Source: an uncultured bacterium
GTDB taxonomy: Bacteria > Patescibacteriota > Minisyncoccia > Phycocordibacterales > UBA9973
Assembly (NCBI GenBank): GCA_903825255.1
Contig: CAIJZZ010000060.1
Coordinates: forward strand, 5,967-69,966
Length of the DNA: 64,000 bases
Direction: 5' to 3'
The notes under the pieces are model-generated. The model worked only from the letters and a program-made list of their open reading frames with translations, did no database searches and was not told the DNA's origin. This document shows positions 21,059-30,213 of this stretch, one piece after another (position 1 is the first letter of the stretch; the number at the start of each line of letters is the position of its first letter). The translations under genes and the position numbers were made by a program.

Positions 21059-21415
21059 ATGAATGAATTAACTCCTGAAGAAAAAAGAGTTATTTTAGAT
21101 AAAGGCACAGAGGCGCCTTTTATAGGCGAATATGTGAATACAAAAGAAACTGGAGTTTATGTTTGTCGTCAATGTGGAGCCCCACTTTATAATTCAAAAG
21201 ATAAATTTGAATCAGATTGTGGTTGGCCTTCTTTTGATGATGAAATACCTGGTGCAGTAAATAAGAGTTTAGATGCAGATGGAATGCGGACAGAAATAAC
21301 TTGTGCTAACTGCGGAGGTCACCTAGGTCATTTATTTATTGGTGAACATTTAACTGAAAAAAATAAAAGATATTGTGTTAATTCTATTTCTATGAAATTT
21401 ATACCAGGAAAATAA
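21059..21415 (+). CDS. msrB: peptide-methionine (R)-S-oxide reductase
   Basis: CRQCGAPLY...GWPSF...[12 protein letters not shown]...RYCVNS. Confidence 0.92.
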   Translation: MNELTPEEKRVILDKGTEAPFIGEYVNTKETGVYVCRQCGAPLYNSKDKFESDCGWPSFDDEIPGAVNKSLDADGMRTEITCANCGGHLGHLFIGEHLTEKNKRYCVNSISMKFIPGK

Positions 21416-21476
21416 GCTTAACAAATATTTTTTAATTTATGTATTTTTGTTTAAAAAGAAAAATATTATAAGTATT

Positions 21477-21508
21477 AAAAATCCGTCTTTTAATAAGGCG
21501 GATTTTTT
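21477..21508 (+). terminator. intrinsic terminator after msrB
   Basis: AAAAATCCGTC-TTTTAATAA-GGCGGATTTTTT. Confidence 0.6.
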
Positions 21509-21745
21509 AATTAAAATATATTACGAGTTAGAGTGAGGAGTGTTATAACCGTATATTTCAAATTCTTCAGTTTCTTTTCTATAAACAGGATATTCTTTAG
21601 GATTCTTTGCAAGAAACTCTAAAAGTTTGGTTTGTAGGTTTTCTCCTGTTTAAAGGTATAAAGCAAATACATTAAAACAATAAATTAGGATAATATTTAG
21701 TGATTATTTTTGCTAAAAAAAGTACTAACTAGTATAATTAAACCA

Positions 21746-24511
21746 ATGGAAGGATCAATTTTTAAAGAAATGCCAAAGTTTAAGACTCCGGCGGAAGAGC
21801 TCGATTTTTTGCGTGCGCATGTGGCTAAACGTGAACAAGAATTAATTGATAGTGGTACTTTTGAACACGAGGCAAATAGTAATGCCGTCCAGGAAGTAAT
21901 TGGAAAATATAAACAAGTTCCCCTAAAAGAAGCAATTCATAAAGATAATCTCTTAAAAGAAAAAGATACTGAGAATATTGTGCTTAAATTAAAGCCAGAA
22001 TCTCATGATACAGTAATGGAAGAGCTTTTAGGTTTGGTTATAACCAAAGGAGTTCGAAATGCACTTTCTGTGGCCGAGGCGATGAATAATCCCCATATAG
22101 ATGATGATCTTCAACGTTTACTTGTGCAATATTTTAAAACTGGAAACATTAAAGATGTAAAAGAAGGGACCCCTCTTTATAAATCTTTAGACATGACTCT
22201 TTTTGAAATAACTTTACCACCGCCTGGAGATGAGGCTGAAAAACAAAAAGGTTTTAAAGAGTTTATTACAGCGATGGAGCAGTTCTATGCAGGGATGCTA
22301 TCTATCGCCGAAGATAGATATAATAAAAAAGAGAATTATTTTACCTTAGAAGTAGCGCTTAGTAATAACACGGATCAGGTGGTAGTATATGCAGCTGTTC
22401 CAAATAAATATATTTCACTTTTTGAAAAACAAGTCTTAGCCTTTTATCATGATGCAAAGGTTCATGAAGTTTCAGATGATTATAATATTTTTAACGAGAC
22501 GGGTGTTTCAGTAGGGGCCTATGCTCTGCTTTCTGAACGAGCTGTTTTACCCATTAAGACTTATGAAAATATTGAACATGATCCGATGTATCCAATACTG
22601 AATGTATTTTCAAAGTTAAAAACCGAAGGTGAAGGTGCGGCTATTCAATTAGTTATCGCTCCGGCTGGTAGTAAATTTATTGAAGAATTTCATATGATTT
22701 TAGACGAAGTTAAAGATGGAACTTCAGTTAAACATGCTTCAGATAATTTTTATAAATTACATAAAGCTTTTCTGCATGCCTCTAAAGATATATTTTTTGG
22801 ACATAAGAAAAAAGATGAAAATAAAGAGAAACATATGGCTGGTCGTCGATCGGTGGACGAGGGGGCAGTAGAAAAAATTGGTAATAAAGTAAAAAGTACT
22901 ATTGTAAAAACAAATATTCGAGTTATTGCTTCGGCAGAAAATAAAGAAAGAGCAGATGCCATACTCAAAGAAATAGAATCTTCTTTTAATCAGTTTTCAG
23001 AAGCAGCTAGTAATAGTGTTGTTTTCAATAAACTTACTGGTGGTGATTTGAAAAAATTATTTCATGATTTTTCTTATCGAAGTTTTTCTGATGATAGAAT
23101 CATGCCTTTGAATTTAAAAGAGCTTTCTTCCGTTTTTCATTTTCCAATTGGTGTTTCATCTCAACCACAACTCAAAGAAGCTAAAGCTGGGATGGCACCA
23201 GCGCCTATTGAAATGGGTAAAGAAGGCATTCTCTTGGGTATTAATAGTTATAGAGGGAGAGATACGGAAGTTAGAATGTCTAAAGAAGATCGTATGCGCC
23301 ATATGTATGTTATTGGTCAGACGGGTACTGGTAAGACGACTATTTTGAAAAATATGATTGCGCAAGATATTCGAAATGGTGAAGGCTGTTGTTTTATTGA
23401 TCCACACGGTAGTGATATTCAAGAAATATTATCTTATGTGCCAAAGGAACGTATTGATGATGTAATTTATTTTGATCCAGCATATACTGCTCGTCCGATG
23501 GGTTTAAATATGCTTGAGTTTGATCCTCGTTATCCGGAACAGAAAACTTTTGTAGTGAATGAATTAATGGGAATTTTTAATAAGCTTTTCGATATGAAGA
23601 CTTCTGGTGGTCCGATGTTTGAACAATATTTTAAAAATAGTGCATTCCTTATTATGGAAGATCCAGAATCAGGTTGTACACTACTAGAAATTTCTCGAGT
23701 ACTCGCGGATAAAGAATTTCGAGATATGAAATTAGCGAAGTGTAAAAATCCAATTATTAAACAATTTTGGGTAGGGGCAGAACAAACAACAGGGGAACAA
23801 TCCTTAGCAAATTTTGTACCTTATATTACTTCTAAATTTGATAATTTTATTTCCAATGACATTATGCGTCCAGTGGTGCTTCAAGAAAAATCAGTTTTTA
23901 ATTTTCGTAAGATTATGGATGAGAAAAAGATTTTACTAGTGAATCTTTCAAAAGGTAGATTAGGAGATATTAATGCGAATCTGATTGGTCTCGTGCTTGT
24001 GGGTAAAATTCAAATGGCAGCGCTTTCTCGGGTGGATATGTTTGGTAAACAGATGAATGATTTTTATTTATATATAGATGAATTTCAAAATGTTACGACA
24101 GATTCAATCGCTTCGATTTTATCAGAGGCTCGTAAATATCGTCTATCTTTGACTATTGCGCATCAGTATATTTCTCAATTAGAAGAGAATATTAAAAATG
24201 CTGTTTTCGGTAACGTCGGTTCGATGGCTGTGTATCGAGTGAGCTCCGAGGATGCGACCTTTGTGGAGTCTAGATTTAAGCCTACTTTCACCGCATCAGA
24301 TATCATGAAATTAGATAATTTTAATTCATACGTGAGTATGCTCGTAAACGGTACACCGACGAAGCCATTTAGTATGACTTCGCATTGGAGTCTATTACCG
24401 AAAGGAAATGTGGATATGGTAGAAGATTTAAAACAACTTTCTTACTTAAAATATGGCCGTGATCGTGCGGAGATTGAGGCTGAAATTATGGCTAAATACG
24501 AGAGGCAATAA
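21746..24511 (+). CDS. soluble VirD4/TraD/TraG-like (FtsK-HerA superfamily) P-loop ATPase with a large unknown N-terminal domain
   Basis: ORF track starts at TTG 21710; ATG at 21746 preferred. Walker A VIGQTGTGKTT, IDPHG, Walker B LYIDEFQN, SEARKYRLSLTIAHQY. No TM helices seen. The N-terminal ~510 aa have no recognised motif. Confidence 0.7.
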   Translation: MEGSIFKEMPKFKTPAEELDFLRAHVAKREQELIDSGTFEHEANSNAVQEVIGKYKQVPLKEAIHKDNLLKEKDTENIVLKLKPESHDTVMEELLGLVITKGVRNALSVAEAMNNPHIDDDLQRLLVQYFKTGNIKDVKEGTPLYKSLDMTLFEITLPPPGDEAEKQKGFKEFITAMEQFYAGMLSIAEDRYNKKENYFTLEVALSNNTDQVVVYAAVPNKYISLFEKQVLAFYHDAKVHEVSDDYNIFNETGVSVGAYALLSERAVLPIKTYENIEHDPMYPILNVFSKLKTEGEGAAIQLVIAPAGSKFIEEFHMILDEVKDGTSVKHASDNFYKLHKAFLHASKDIFFGHKKKDENKEKHMAGRRSVDEGAVEKIGNKVKSTIVKTNIRVIASAENKERADAILKEIESSFNQFSEAASNSVVFNKLTGGDLKKLFHDFSYRSFSDDRIMPLNLKELSSVFHFPIGVSSQPQLKEAKAGMAPAPIEMGKEGILLGINSYRGRDTEVRMSKEDRMRHMYVIGQTGTGKTTILKNMIAQDIRNGEGCCFIDPHGSDIQEILSYVPKERIDDVIYFDPAYTARPMGLNMLEFDPRYPEQKTFVVNELMGIFNKLFDMKTSGGPMFEQYFKNSAFLIMEDPESGCTLLEISRVLADKEFRDMKLAKCKNPIIKQFWVGAEQTTGEQSLANFVPYITSKFDNFISNDIMRPVVLQEKSVFNFRKIMDEKKILLVNLSKGRLGDINANLIGLVLVGKIQMAALSRVDMFGKQMNDFYLYIDEFQNVTTDSIASILSEARKYRLSLTIAHQYISQLEENIKNAVFGNVGSMAVYRVSSEDATFVESRFKPTFTASDIMKLDNFNSYVSMLVNGTPTKPFSMTSHWSLLPKGNVDMVEDLKQLSYLKYGRDRAEIEAEIMAKYERQ

Positions 24512-24512
24512 G

Positions 24513-25091
24513 ATGGAAGAAATAGAAGCAAAATTTTTAGATGTTAATGTTGAAGATTTAAAACAAAAACTTGATTTTTGTAAGGCGAAATTTATCGGAA
24601 GTTTTGATTATAAAAGGAAAGCATACGACTTTGAAGGGAAAACACTTGCGAAAAATAAACATGCGTGGGTTCGATTAAGAGACGAAGGAGAAAGAGTGAC
24701 ACTTGCCTATAAACAGCGCCTTGGAGTTAAAGTTAATAATGGAAGTATCCCCGATCTCGGAATGAAAGAAATTGAAGTTGTAGTTAGTGATTTTAATTTG
24801 ACAGATCAAATTTTAAAATCGATTGGTTTGATTGAAAAATTTTATGAAGAGAATAAACGAGAAAGATATATTTTAGATAATGTTGAAATTGATATTGACA
24901 CATGGCCAATGATTCCGACCTATGTAGAATTTGAGGGTAGTAGCTGGGAAAGAGTCGAAACAGTTTCTAAAAAACTTGGTTTTAAATGGGAAGAGCATTT
25001 GCGCTGTACGACTATGCAAATTTATAGAAAATATGGTATTGAGGAAAACGATTATAGTGTGATTACTTTTGTAGAACAGATAAAAAAATAA
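24513..25091 (+). CDS. CYTH-domain protein (triphosphate tunnel metalloenzyme / CyaB-like)
   Basis: ATG at 24513, 1 nt after the upstream stop. N-terminal EIEAKF (ExExK) signature. Size of ~190 aa fits the family. Confidence 0.7.
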   Translation: MEEIEAKFLDVNVEDLKQKLDFCKAKFIGSFDYKRKAYDFEGKTLAKNKHAWVRLRDEGERVTLAYKQRLGVKVNNGSIPDLGMKEIEVVVSDFNLTDQILKSIGLIEKFYEENKRERYILDNVEIDIDTWPMIPTYVEFEGSSWERVETVSKKLGFKWEEHLRCTTMQIYRKYGIEENDYSVITFVEQIKK

Positions 25092-25166
25092 TTTAAATAA
25101 AAATTTTGAATTTTATGTAAAATCTGTTAAGATAAATTTATTATAATTTTAAATTTAATATAAAAC

Positions 25167-25751
25167 ATGAAACATCCAAAAGAAGAACAAACATATGTCA
25201 TGATTAAACCAGACGGTGTTCGAAAAGGTTTAACTGGCGAAATTATTAAGCGTTTTGAACAACGTGATTTAAAGATAGTCGCACTTGAAATGTTCCAACC
25301 AGGACATGAGCAACTAGACAATCATTATCCTAAAAACGAAGAATGGATTACTAGACTAGGCCACAAAACTCTCACTACTTATGAGAAATATGGTTATGAC
25401 GCGATGCTGGATTTCGGAACGATTGATCCTGTGGTAATTGGTCCAGAAATTAGAAAATGGCTTATTGATTATATGAAAACCGCTCCACTTGTAAAAATGA
25501 TAGTACAAGGCGTGCATGCAGTAGATGTAGTACGTAAAATTGCTGGCCCAACGATGCCATATTTAGCTGAAGTAGGTACAATTCGCGGAGATTTTTCAAT
25601 CGATTCACCCGCACTAGCCAATAAAGAAAAACGCGCAGTAATGAATATTATTCATTGTTCAGAAACTCCTGAAGAAGCAGCTCATGAAATCAAGCATTGG
25701 TTTGGTGATGTAAAAGTTTGTGACTATAAACGTTTTGGTGTTGATGAGTAA
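25167..25751 (+). CDS. ndk: nucleoside-diphosphate kinase-like protein with ~45-aa insertion
   Basis: YVMIKPDGV, IIKRFE, GTIRGDF, NIIHCSE (His retained; Cys replaces the usual Gly). 194 aa versus ~140-150 typical. Confidence 0.75.
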   Translation: MKHPKEEQTYVMIKPDGVRKGLTGEIIKRFEQRDLKIVALEMFQPGHEQLDNHYPKNEEWITRLGHKTLTTYEKYGYDAMLDFGTIDPVVIGPEIRKWLIDYMKTAPLVKMIVQGVHAVDVVRKIAGPTMPYLAEVGTIRGDFSIDSPALANKEKRAVMNIIHCSETPEEAAHEIKHWFGDVKVCDYKRFGVDE

Positions 25752-25809
25752 TTTTTAAAAAAAATTAACTTGTTTTTGTTTTAAATTTGTGTTTTTTTGA
25801 AAAATTTTA

Positions 25810-25837
25810 TTGCAAATAACTTTAAAGAGAATATAAT
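25810..25837 (+). promoter_or_regulatory. sigma70-like promoter (TTGCAA-16-TATAAT) for a non-coding transcript
   Basis: TTGCAA at 25810-25815 and TATAAT at 25832-25837, with no ORF downstream before the terminator at ~26004. Confidence 0.4.
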
Positions 25838-25842
25838 TTAAG

Positions 25843-26009
25843 TAGGGTTATTTTCAGATTATTACCTAGAACAATAATTTTTGGGAAAGTCGATCGTGTT
25901 TGACCTTGGTCTCTCATGTCTCTTACCCACTTAGCTTTTAGCTATGGTAATATATCAGTAATAGCCCTAAGAATGGATCCGCACAGTATATTTATATGGC
26001 GGATTTTTT
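25843..26009 (+). ncRNA. candidate structured ncRNA or cis-regulatory leader (class unknown)
   Basis: Nested long-range helices: TAGGGTTATT (25843-52) pairs with AATAGCCCTA (25960-69); GATTATTACC (25857-66) pairs with GGTAATATATC (25946-56); TGGGAAAG pairs with CTTACCCA. Followed by an ATCCGC...GCGGAT hairpin plus T-tract (25977-26009). Sits in a 281-bp ORF-free spacer. Confidence 0.35.
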
Positions 26010-26032
26010 CTTTTTAGTGGTATTATATTAAG

Positions 26033-26434
26033 ATGGACAGAAAAAAATTATTACGAAGAGCTGCGATACTTGTTTTTTTTATTTTTTTACTTAATTCCTT
26101 AGCCTCAATGTTTTATTGGTATTCATCAATCTGGTGGTTCGATATGCCGATGCATTTTCTAGGCGGTCTTTGGCTTGGTTTAATTTTTATTTGGTTTTTT
26201 AAACAGACGGAAATTAATATAAAATTAATTTTTAAAATTATTTTAGGTGTATTTTTAATTGGTTTTTTATGGGAAATATTTGAAATTATAGTGAATAATT
26301 TGACTCTTAAAGATACTTTTAATACCCTCGATACTATTTCTGACCTTTGTTTTGATATAGCGGGTGGTGCTTTTGCAATTTGGCGTTTTTATTTTCTTCA
26401 AAAGACTATGTTTAAATTAAAAGATAATATATAA
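26033..26434 (+). CDS. hypothetical integral membrane protein (133 aa)
   Basis: About four hydrophobic segments. No family motif recognised. Confidence 0.5.
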   Translation: MDRKKLLRRAAILVFFIFLLNSLASMFYWYSSIWWFDMPMHFLGGLWLGLIFIWFFKQTEINIKLIFKIILGVFLIGFLWEIFEIIVNNLTLKDTFNTLDTISDLCFDIAGGAFAIWRFYFLQKTMFKLKDNI

Positions 26435-26441
26435 TTAATTA

Positions 26442-27806
26442 ATGCAAAAAAATGCGAAAATAACATTTTGTGGTGGTACCGGTTCAGTAACCGGAGCTAA
26501 TTTTTTATTAGAAATTGAGGATAAAAAAATTTTAGTAGATTGTGGTTTGACGCAAGGTATGAAAATTGCGGATGATATAAACTGGGATCCCTTTCCATAT
26601 AATCCTAAAGAAATAGACATACTTTTTGTCACTCATGCCCATGTGGATCATTTAGGTAGAATTCCAAAATTAATTCATGAAGGTTTTCGTGGAAAAATAT
26701 TTTCAACTGAACCTACACATGCTCTTGCTTCACCTATGCTCGAAGATACCACCGGGATACTTTCAAAAAGTAGAGATTTTGATTTGGCAGATATTTACAA
26801 TGAAGAAAATATAAAAATTGTACTTTCTCTTTGGCAAGGATTTAAATATCATGAACCAATAAAAATTTTAGAAAATTTAGAAGTGTCTTTTTTAGATGCT
26901 GGACATATTTTAGGTTCGGCGATGATCCAATTCGTTTATAATGGAAAGAAAATTGTTTTTACTGGTGATTTAGGTAATTCTCCTTCACCGTTATTGCCGG
27001 ATACTGAAGTTATTACTGATGCTGATTATTTAATTATGGAATCCGTTTACGGAGATAGAAATCATGAATCCAGAAATGATCGAAGAAAAAATTTAGAAAG
27101 GACAATTGAAGATAATTATAAACGAAAAGGAACTTTAATAATACCGACTTTTTCGTTAGAACGTTCTCAAGAGCTTTTATTTGAGTTAAATGAATTAGTA
27201 GAAAATAACCGTATTCCTATTATGCCTATTTTTTTAGATTCTCCACTAGCAATACGTTTGACTGAAGTTTTCAAACAATTTAAGAGTTATTTTAATTCTG
27301 ATGCACAGAAAGTCATGTCTACAGAAAAATATTTATTTGATTTTCCGGGTTTACATGAAACATTAAGATCAGAAGAATCAAAAATGATTAATGCAGTATT
27401 CAATCCAAAAGTAGTAATTGCAGGCTCTGGTATGTCTTCTGGTGGGAGGATAGTGCATCATGAAATAAATTATTTACCTGATCCAAATAACACTCTACTA
27501 CTCACTGGTTATCAGTCTGTCGGTACTCCTGGAAGATTAATTCAAGAAGGGGTAAAAACAGTGCGTATTTTAGGGGAAGATGTAATTGTACGAGCGAGGG
27601 TGGTAACAATTTCTGGGTATTCCGGACACAAAGATTCAGATGGTTTAGTTAGTTTTGTTGAAAATACAGCAGATACTTTACAGAAAGTTTTTGTGGTGAT
27701 GGGTGAGCCAAAGTCTTCAATGTTTTTAGTACAAAAATTAAGAGATAATTTAGGAATTGATGCTATCGCTCCAGAATTAAAAGATGTAGTTATTCTAGAT
27801 TGTTAA
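26442..27806 (+). CDS. MBL-fold beta-CASP hydrolase (RNA-metabolising metallo-beta-lactamase family)
   Basis: VTHAHVDHLGRIP (HxHxDH), DAGHILGSA, ESVYGDR. C-terminal GYSGHKD typical of beta-CASP. Confidence 0.85.
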   Translation: MQKNAKITFCGGTGSVTGANFLLEIEDKKILVDCGLTQGMKIADDINWDPFPYNPKEIDILFVTHAHVDHLGRIPKLIHEGFRGKIFSTEPTHALASPMLEDTTGILSKSRDFDLADIYNEENIKIVLSLWQGFKYHEPIKILENLEVSFLDAGHILGSAMIQFVYNGKKIVFTGDLGNSPSPLLPDTEVITDADYLIMESVYGDRNHESRNDRRKNLERTIEDNYKRKGTLIIPTFSLERSQELLFELNELVENNRIPIMPIFLDSPLAIRLTEVFKQFKSYFNSDAQKVMSTEKYLFDFPGLHETLRSEESKMINAVFNPKVVIAGSGMSSGGRIVHHEINYLPDPNNTLLLTGYQSVGTPGRLIQEGVKTVRILGEDVIVRARVVTISGYSGHKDSDGLVSFVENTADTLQKVFVVMGEPKSSMFLVQKLRDNLGIDAIAPELKDVVILDC

Positions 27807-27858
27807 AAATTATTTTTAAAAATTTTGAAAATATTTTATTTTAGTATATAATCAGACC

Positions 27859-28458
27859 ATGGACGTATTATCTTCGAACCCTTACAACAAACATGGACAT
27901 CAACAAATAAAAATTTGTGTCTCTGGAGCAGCCGATACTGGGCATTGTGGACTCGGGGCATTAGAGTTAGCTAAAGAATTAGGACGTGAAATTGCTCGAC
28001 AAGGAGCAGTGCTAGTAACAGGTGCCACGACTGGCTTTCCGCTTTGGGCAGCAATGGGTGCGAAAGAAGTAGGAGGATTATCTATCGGTCTTTCTCCAGC
28101 CGCTTCTGAGCGAGAACACGTAGAAACCTATAAATTACCATTAGATTATATGGATTTAATTATTTATACTGGTTTTGGTTATCCAGGCAGAGATTTATTA
28201 TTGACCCGTTCCTCTGATGCAGTTATTTGTGGCTGTGGACGCATTGGTACTATTCATGAATTTACTATTGCTTTTGAAGATGATAAGGTGATTGGGATTT
28301 TTGAAGGTCCTTGGGAAATGTCCGGAGAACTAAAGGAAATACTTGAAAAAGGACATCGTGAAAACAATAAAATCGTAACAGGTCCTGATCCTAAAAAACT
28401 CGTATCTGAAGTCATTGAAACAGTTAAAAAATATAAAATTAATGAGTATCGGATGTAG
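27859..28458 (+). CDS. SLOG/LOG-like Rossmann protein (TIGR00725-like)
   Basis: ICVSGAAD...LVTGATTGFPLWAAMGAKEVGGLSIGLSP...ICGCGRIGTIHE pattern. Confidence 0.55.
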   Translation: MDVLSSNPYNKHGHQQIKICVSGAADTGHCGLGALELAKELGREIARQGAVLVTGATTGFPLWAAMGAKEVGGLSIGLSPAASEREHVETYKLPLDYMDLIIYTGFGYPGRDLLLTRSSDAVICGCGRIGTIHEFTIAFEDDKVIGIFEGPWEMSGELKEILEKGHRENNKIVTGPDPKKLVSEVIETVKKYKINEYRM

Positions 28459-28480
28459 TCCTAAATAATTTCTTTCAAGA

Positions 28481-29320
28481 ATGACTTTTAAATTTTTTTT
28501 CTCTAAGGTATTTAAAGTTTTTGTTTATTTATTTGCTATTATCGGAATTATTTTTACGGGTGTTTTTATAGCTATGCAATTCAGTTTATTAAATGTGAAA
28601 GGAGCAGTCTCTGAAAGAAATACTTATTTTAATTTAAATAATAAAACTTCACCTAGTGTGAATGGAGTTGCTAAATATGTCTGGGCAGACACCGATCAAT
28701 GGAATTTAATGAAAGAAGTTTTTACTCGTGATCAAGACATTATAAATAAAGCAGCTAAGGATGCAGATGTTTCACCTAGATTAATTTTGAGCGGAGTGAT
28801 AGGTGAACAATTTCGTTTTTTTAATAATCAAAGAGAATCTTTTAAGCAATATTTCGAACCATTAAAAATTTTAGCTTCACTTTCTAAAGTTTCTTTTGGT
28901 ATTGCTGGAATAAAACCAAAAACAGCCGGCTTAATAGAAGAACACTTAAAAGATCAAAAATCATCATTTTACTTGGGACCACAAATGGAACATATTTTAG
29001 ATTATGATCCTGAGGTAGATGTGGAGGAGGAACAAATGAATCGTATTACTAATGTAAAAGACCCCTATTATTCATATTTGTATGTTGGTTTATTTATGAA
29101 ACAAATAGAATCACAATGGGTGAAGTCTGGTTATGATGTTAGTGATAAGCCTGAAGTTTTAGCTACGCTTTATAACTTAGGTTTTCCTCATTCTTTACCT
29201 GGACCGAACCCTCAAGCAGGAGGAGCGGTGATAAATATTGCTGGGGTGGATTATACCTTTGGTGATTTGGGTTATGAATTTTATCACTCAAATGAATTAG
29301 CAGATATTTTTAAACCATAA
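28481..29320 (+). CDS. hypothetical membrane-anchored protein (279 aa)
   Basis: N-terminal TM helix. No family motif recognised. Confidence 0.5.
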   Translation: MTFKFFFSKVFKVFVYLFAIIGIIFTGVFIAMQFSLLNVKGAVSERNTYFNLNNKTSPSVNGVAKYVWADTDQWNLMKEVFTRDQDIINKAAKDADVSPRLILSGVIGEQFRFFNNQRESFKQYFEPLKILASLSKVSFGIAGIKPKTAGLIEEHLKDQKSSFYLGPQMEHILDYDPEVDVEEEQMNRITNVKDPYYSYLYVGLFMKQIESQWVKSGYDVSDKPEVLATLYNLGFPHSLPGPNPQAGGAVINIAGVDYTFGDLGYEFYHSNELADIFKP

Positions 29321-29361
29321 ATTTGATTTGCCTTTTTTGGGGTTTATGCTAATATAGAAGA

Positions 29362-29670
29362 ATGTTAAAAATTAGATTACAAAGAATTGGTAGAAAGAAT
29401 GATCCAGCCTTTCGAGCAGTTTTAACTGACTCAAAGAATAGTACTAAAAGTGGAAGATTTTTAGAAATTGTTGGTACTTATAATCCAAAAGCCGGCGAGA
29501 CGAATTTTAAAGCCGATAGAATTAAGCATTGGATTTCTAAAGGAGCACAGCTTTCTGATACAATGCACAACTTTTTAGTGCATCAGAAAGTTATAGAAGG
29601 TAAAAAAAAGAATGTTTTACCTAAGAAAAAACCAACTCAGAAAAGAAAGGAAATGAAAGCAAAAAAGTAA
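29362..29670 (+). CDS. rpsP: 30S ribosomal protein S16 with Lys-rich tail
   Basis: MLKIRLQRIGRKNDPAFRAV...YNP. Confidence 0.93.
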   Translation: MLKIRLQRIGRKNDPAFRAVLTDSKNSTKSGRFLEIVGTYNPKAGETNFKADRIKHWISKGAQLSDTMHNFLVHQKVIEGKKKNVLPKKKPTQKRKEMKAKK

Positions 29671-29681
29671 AACGAAAAGAG

Positions 29682-29710
29682 TTGAAGGCTAAAAAATAAT
29701 CCTGTATAAT
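29682..29710 (+). promoter_or_regulatory. sigma70-like promoter TTGAAG-17-TATAAT ahead of the KH-domain gene
   Basis: TTGAAG at 29682-87, TATAAT at 29705-10, 17-nt spacer. Confidence 0.45.
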
Positions 29711-29778
29711 AGTAAAGCAGTTGCTTTGGTCGGAACACTGCACTGATTAAAAATATTTATATCTCTGATACAATACAT

Positions 29779-30099
29779 ATGGATGCTGACAAAGTATTTC
29801 TTGAATACGTAGTAAAAGCTCTCGTTGATAATCCGAATGATGTAAAAATCGATCGTACTGTCGATGAAATGGGTGTGCTCATCAGTTTGACTGTTAATCC
29901 TGCCGATATGGGCAAGATCATCGGTCGTATGGGCAACACTGCCAAGGCTATCCGCACTCTTCTACGAGTTATCGGTATGAAGAACAATGCTCGGGTAAAC
30001 TTGAAGATCAATGAACCAGAAGGAAGCACCAGACCTGCTCCTGTCTCCAGTTCAACCAAAACAGTTGATCAAGCAATGGAAGATTTGAAAGGAATTTAA
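29779..30099 (+). CDS. KH-domain RNA-binding protein (UPF0109 / YlqC-like) with C-terminal extension
   Basis: VKALVDNPNDVKI...GKIIGRMGNTAKAIRTLL matches YlqC-type KH proteins in the rpsP-trmD neighbourhood. The equally long antisense ORF 29757..30059 is judged spurious. Confidence 0.85.
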   Translation: MDADKVFLEYVVKALVDNPNDVKIDRTVDEMGVLISLTVNPADMGKIIGRMGNTAKAIRTLLRVIGMKNNARVNLKINEPEGSTRPAPVSSSTKTVDQAMEDLKGI

Positions 30100-30107
30100 G
30101 TTTGTAG

Positions 30108-30193
30108 AAAAGGACGAATATAAAAGTTTTCTGGTAAGCAAGACGAAGCCAGTGCTTACAGGCGAAAACCTTTATATTCGTCCTTTTTGTATT
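30108..30193 (+). terminator. unusually long hairpin (24-bp stem, 23/24 paired) plus T-tract after the KH gene
   Basis: AAAAGGACGAATATAAAAGTTTTC (30108-31) pairs with GAAAACCTTTATATTCGTCCTTTT (30164-87). The 32-nt loop has its own GTAAGCA/TGCTTAC stem. Followed by TTTTTGT. Confidence 0.5.
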
Positions 30194-30213
30194 TTATGTG
30201 ATATTATTTACAC

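Noticed and set aside
21520-21660. Minus-strand reading frame (...KLLEFLAKNPKEYPVYRKETEEFEIYGYNTPHSNS-stop) in the 330-bp spacer upstream of the VirD4-like gene
   Set aside because: There is no ATG, GTG or TTG start in frame after the preceding stop. It could be a gene remnant, but there is nothing to compare it with.
29757-30059. 100-aa ORF antisense to the KH-domain gene
   Set aside because: The plus-strand product has a clear YlqC-type KH signature. The antisense frame is open only because the region is GC-enriched, and it has no motif or RBS.
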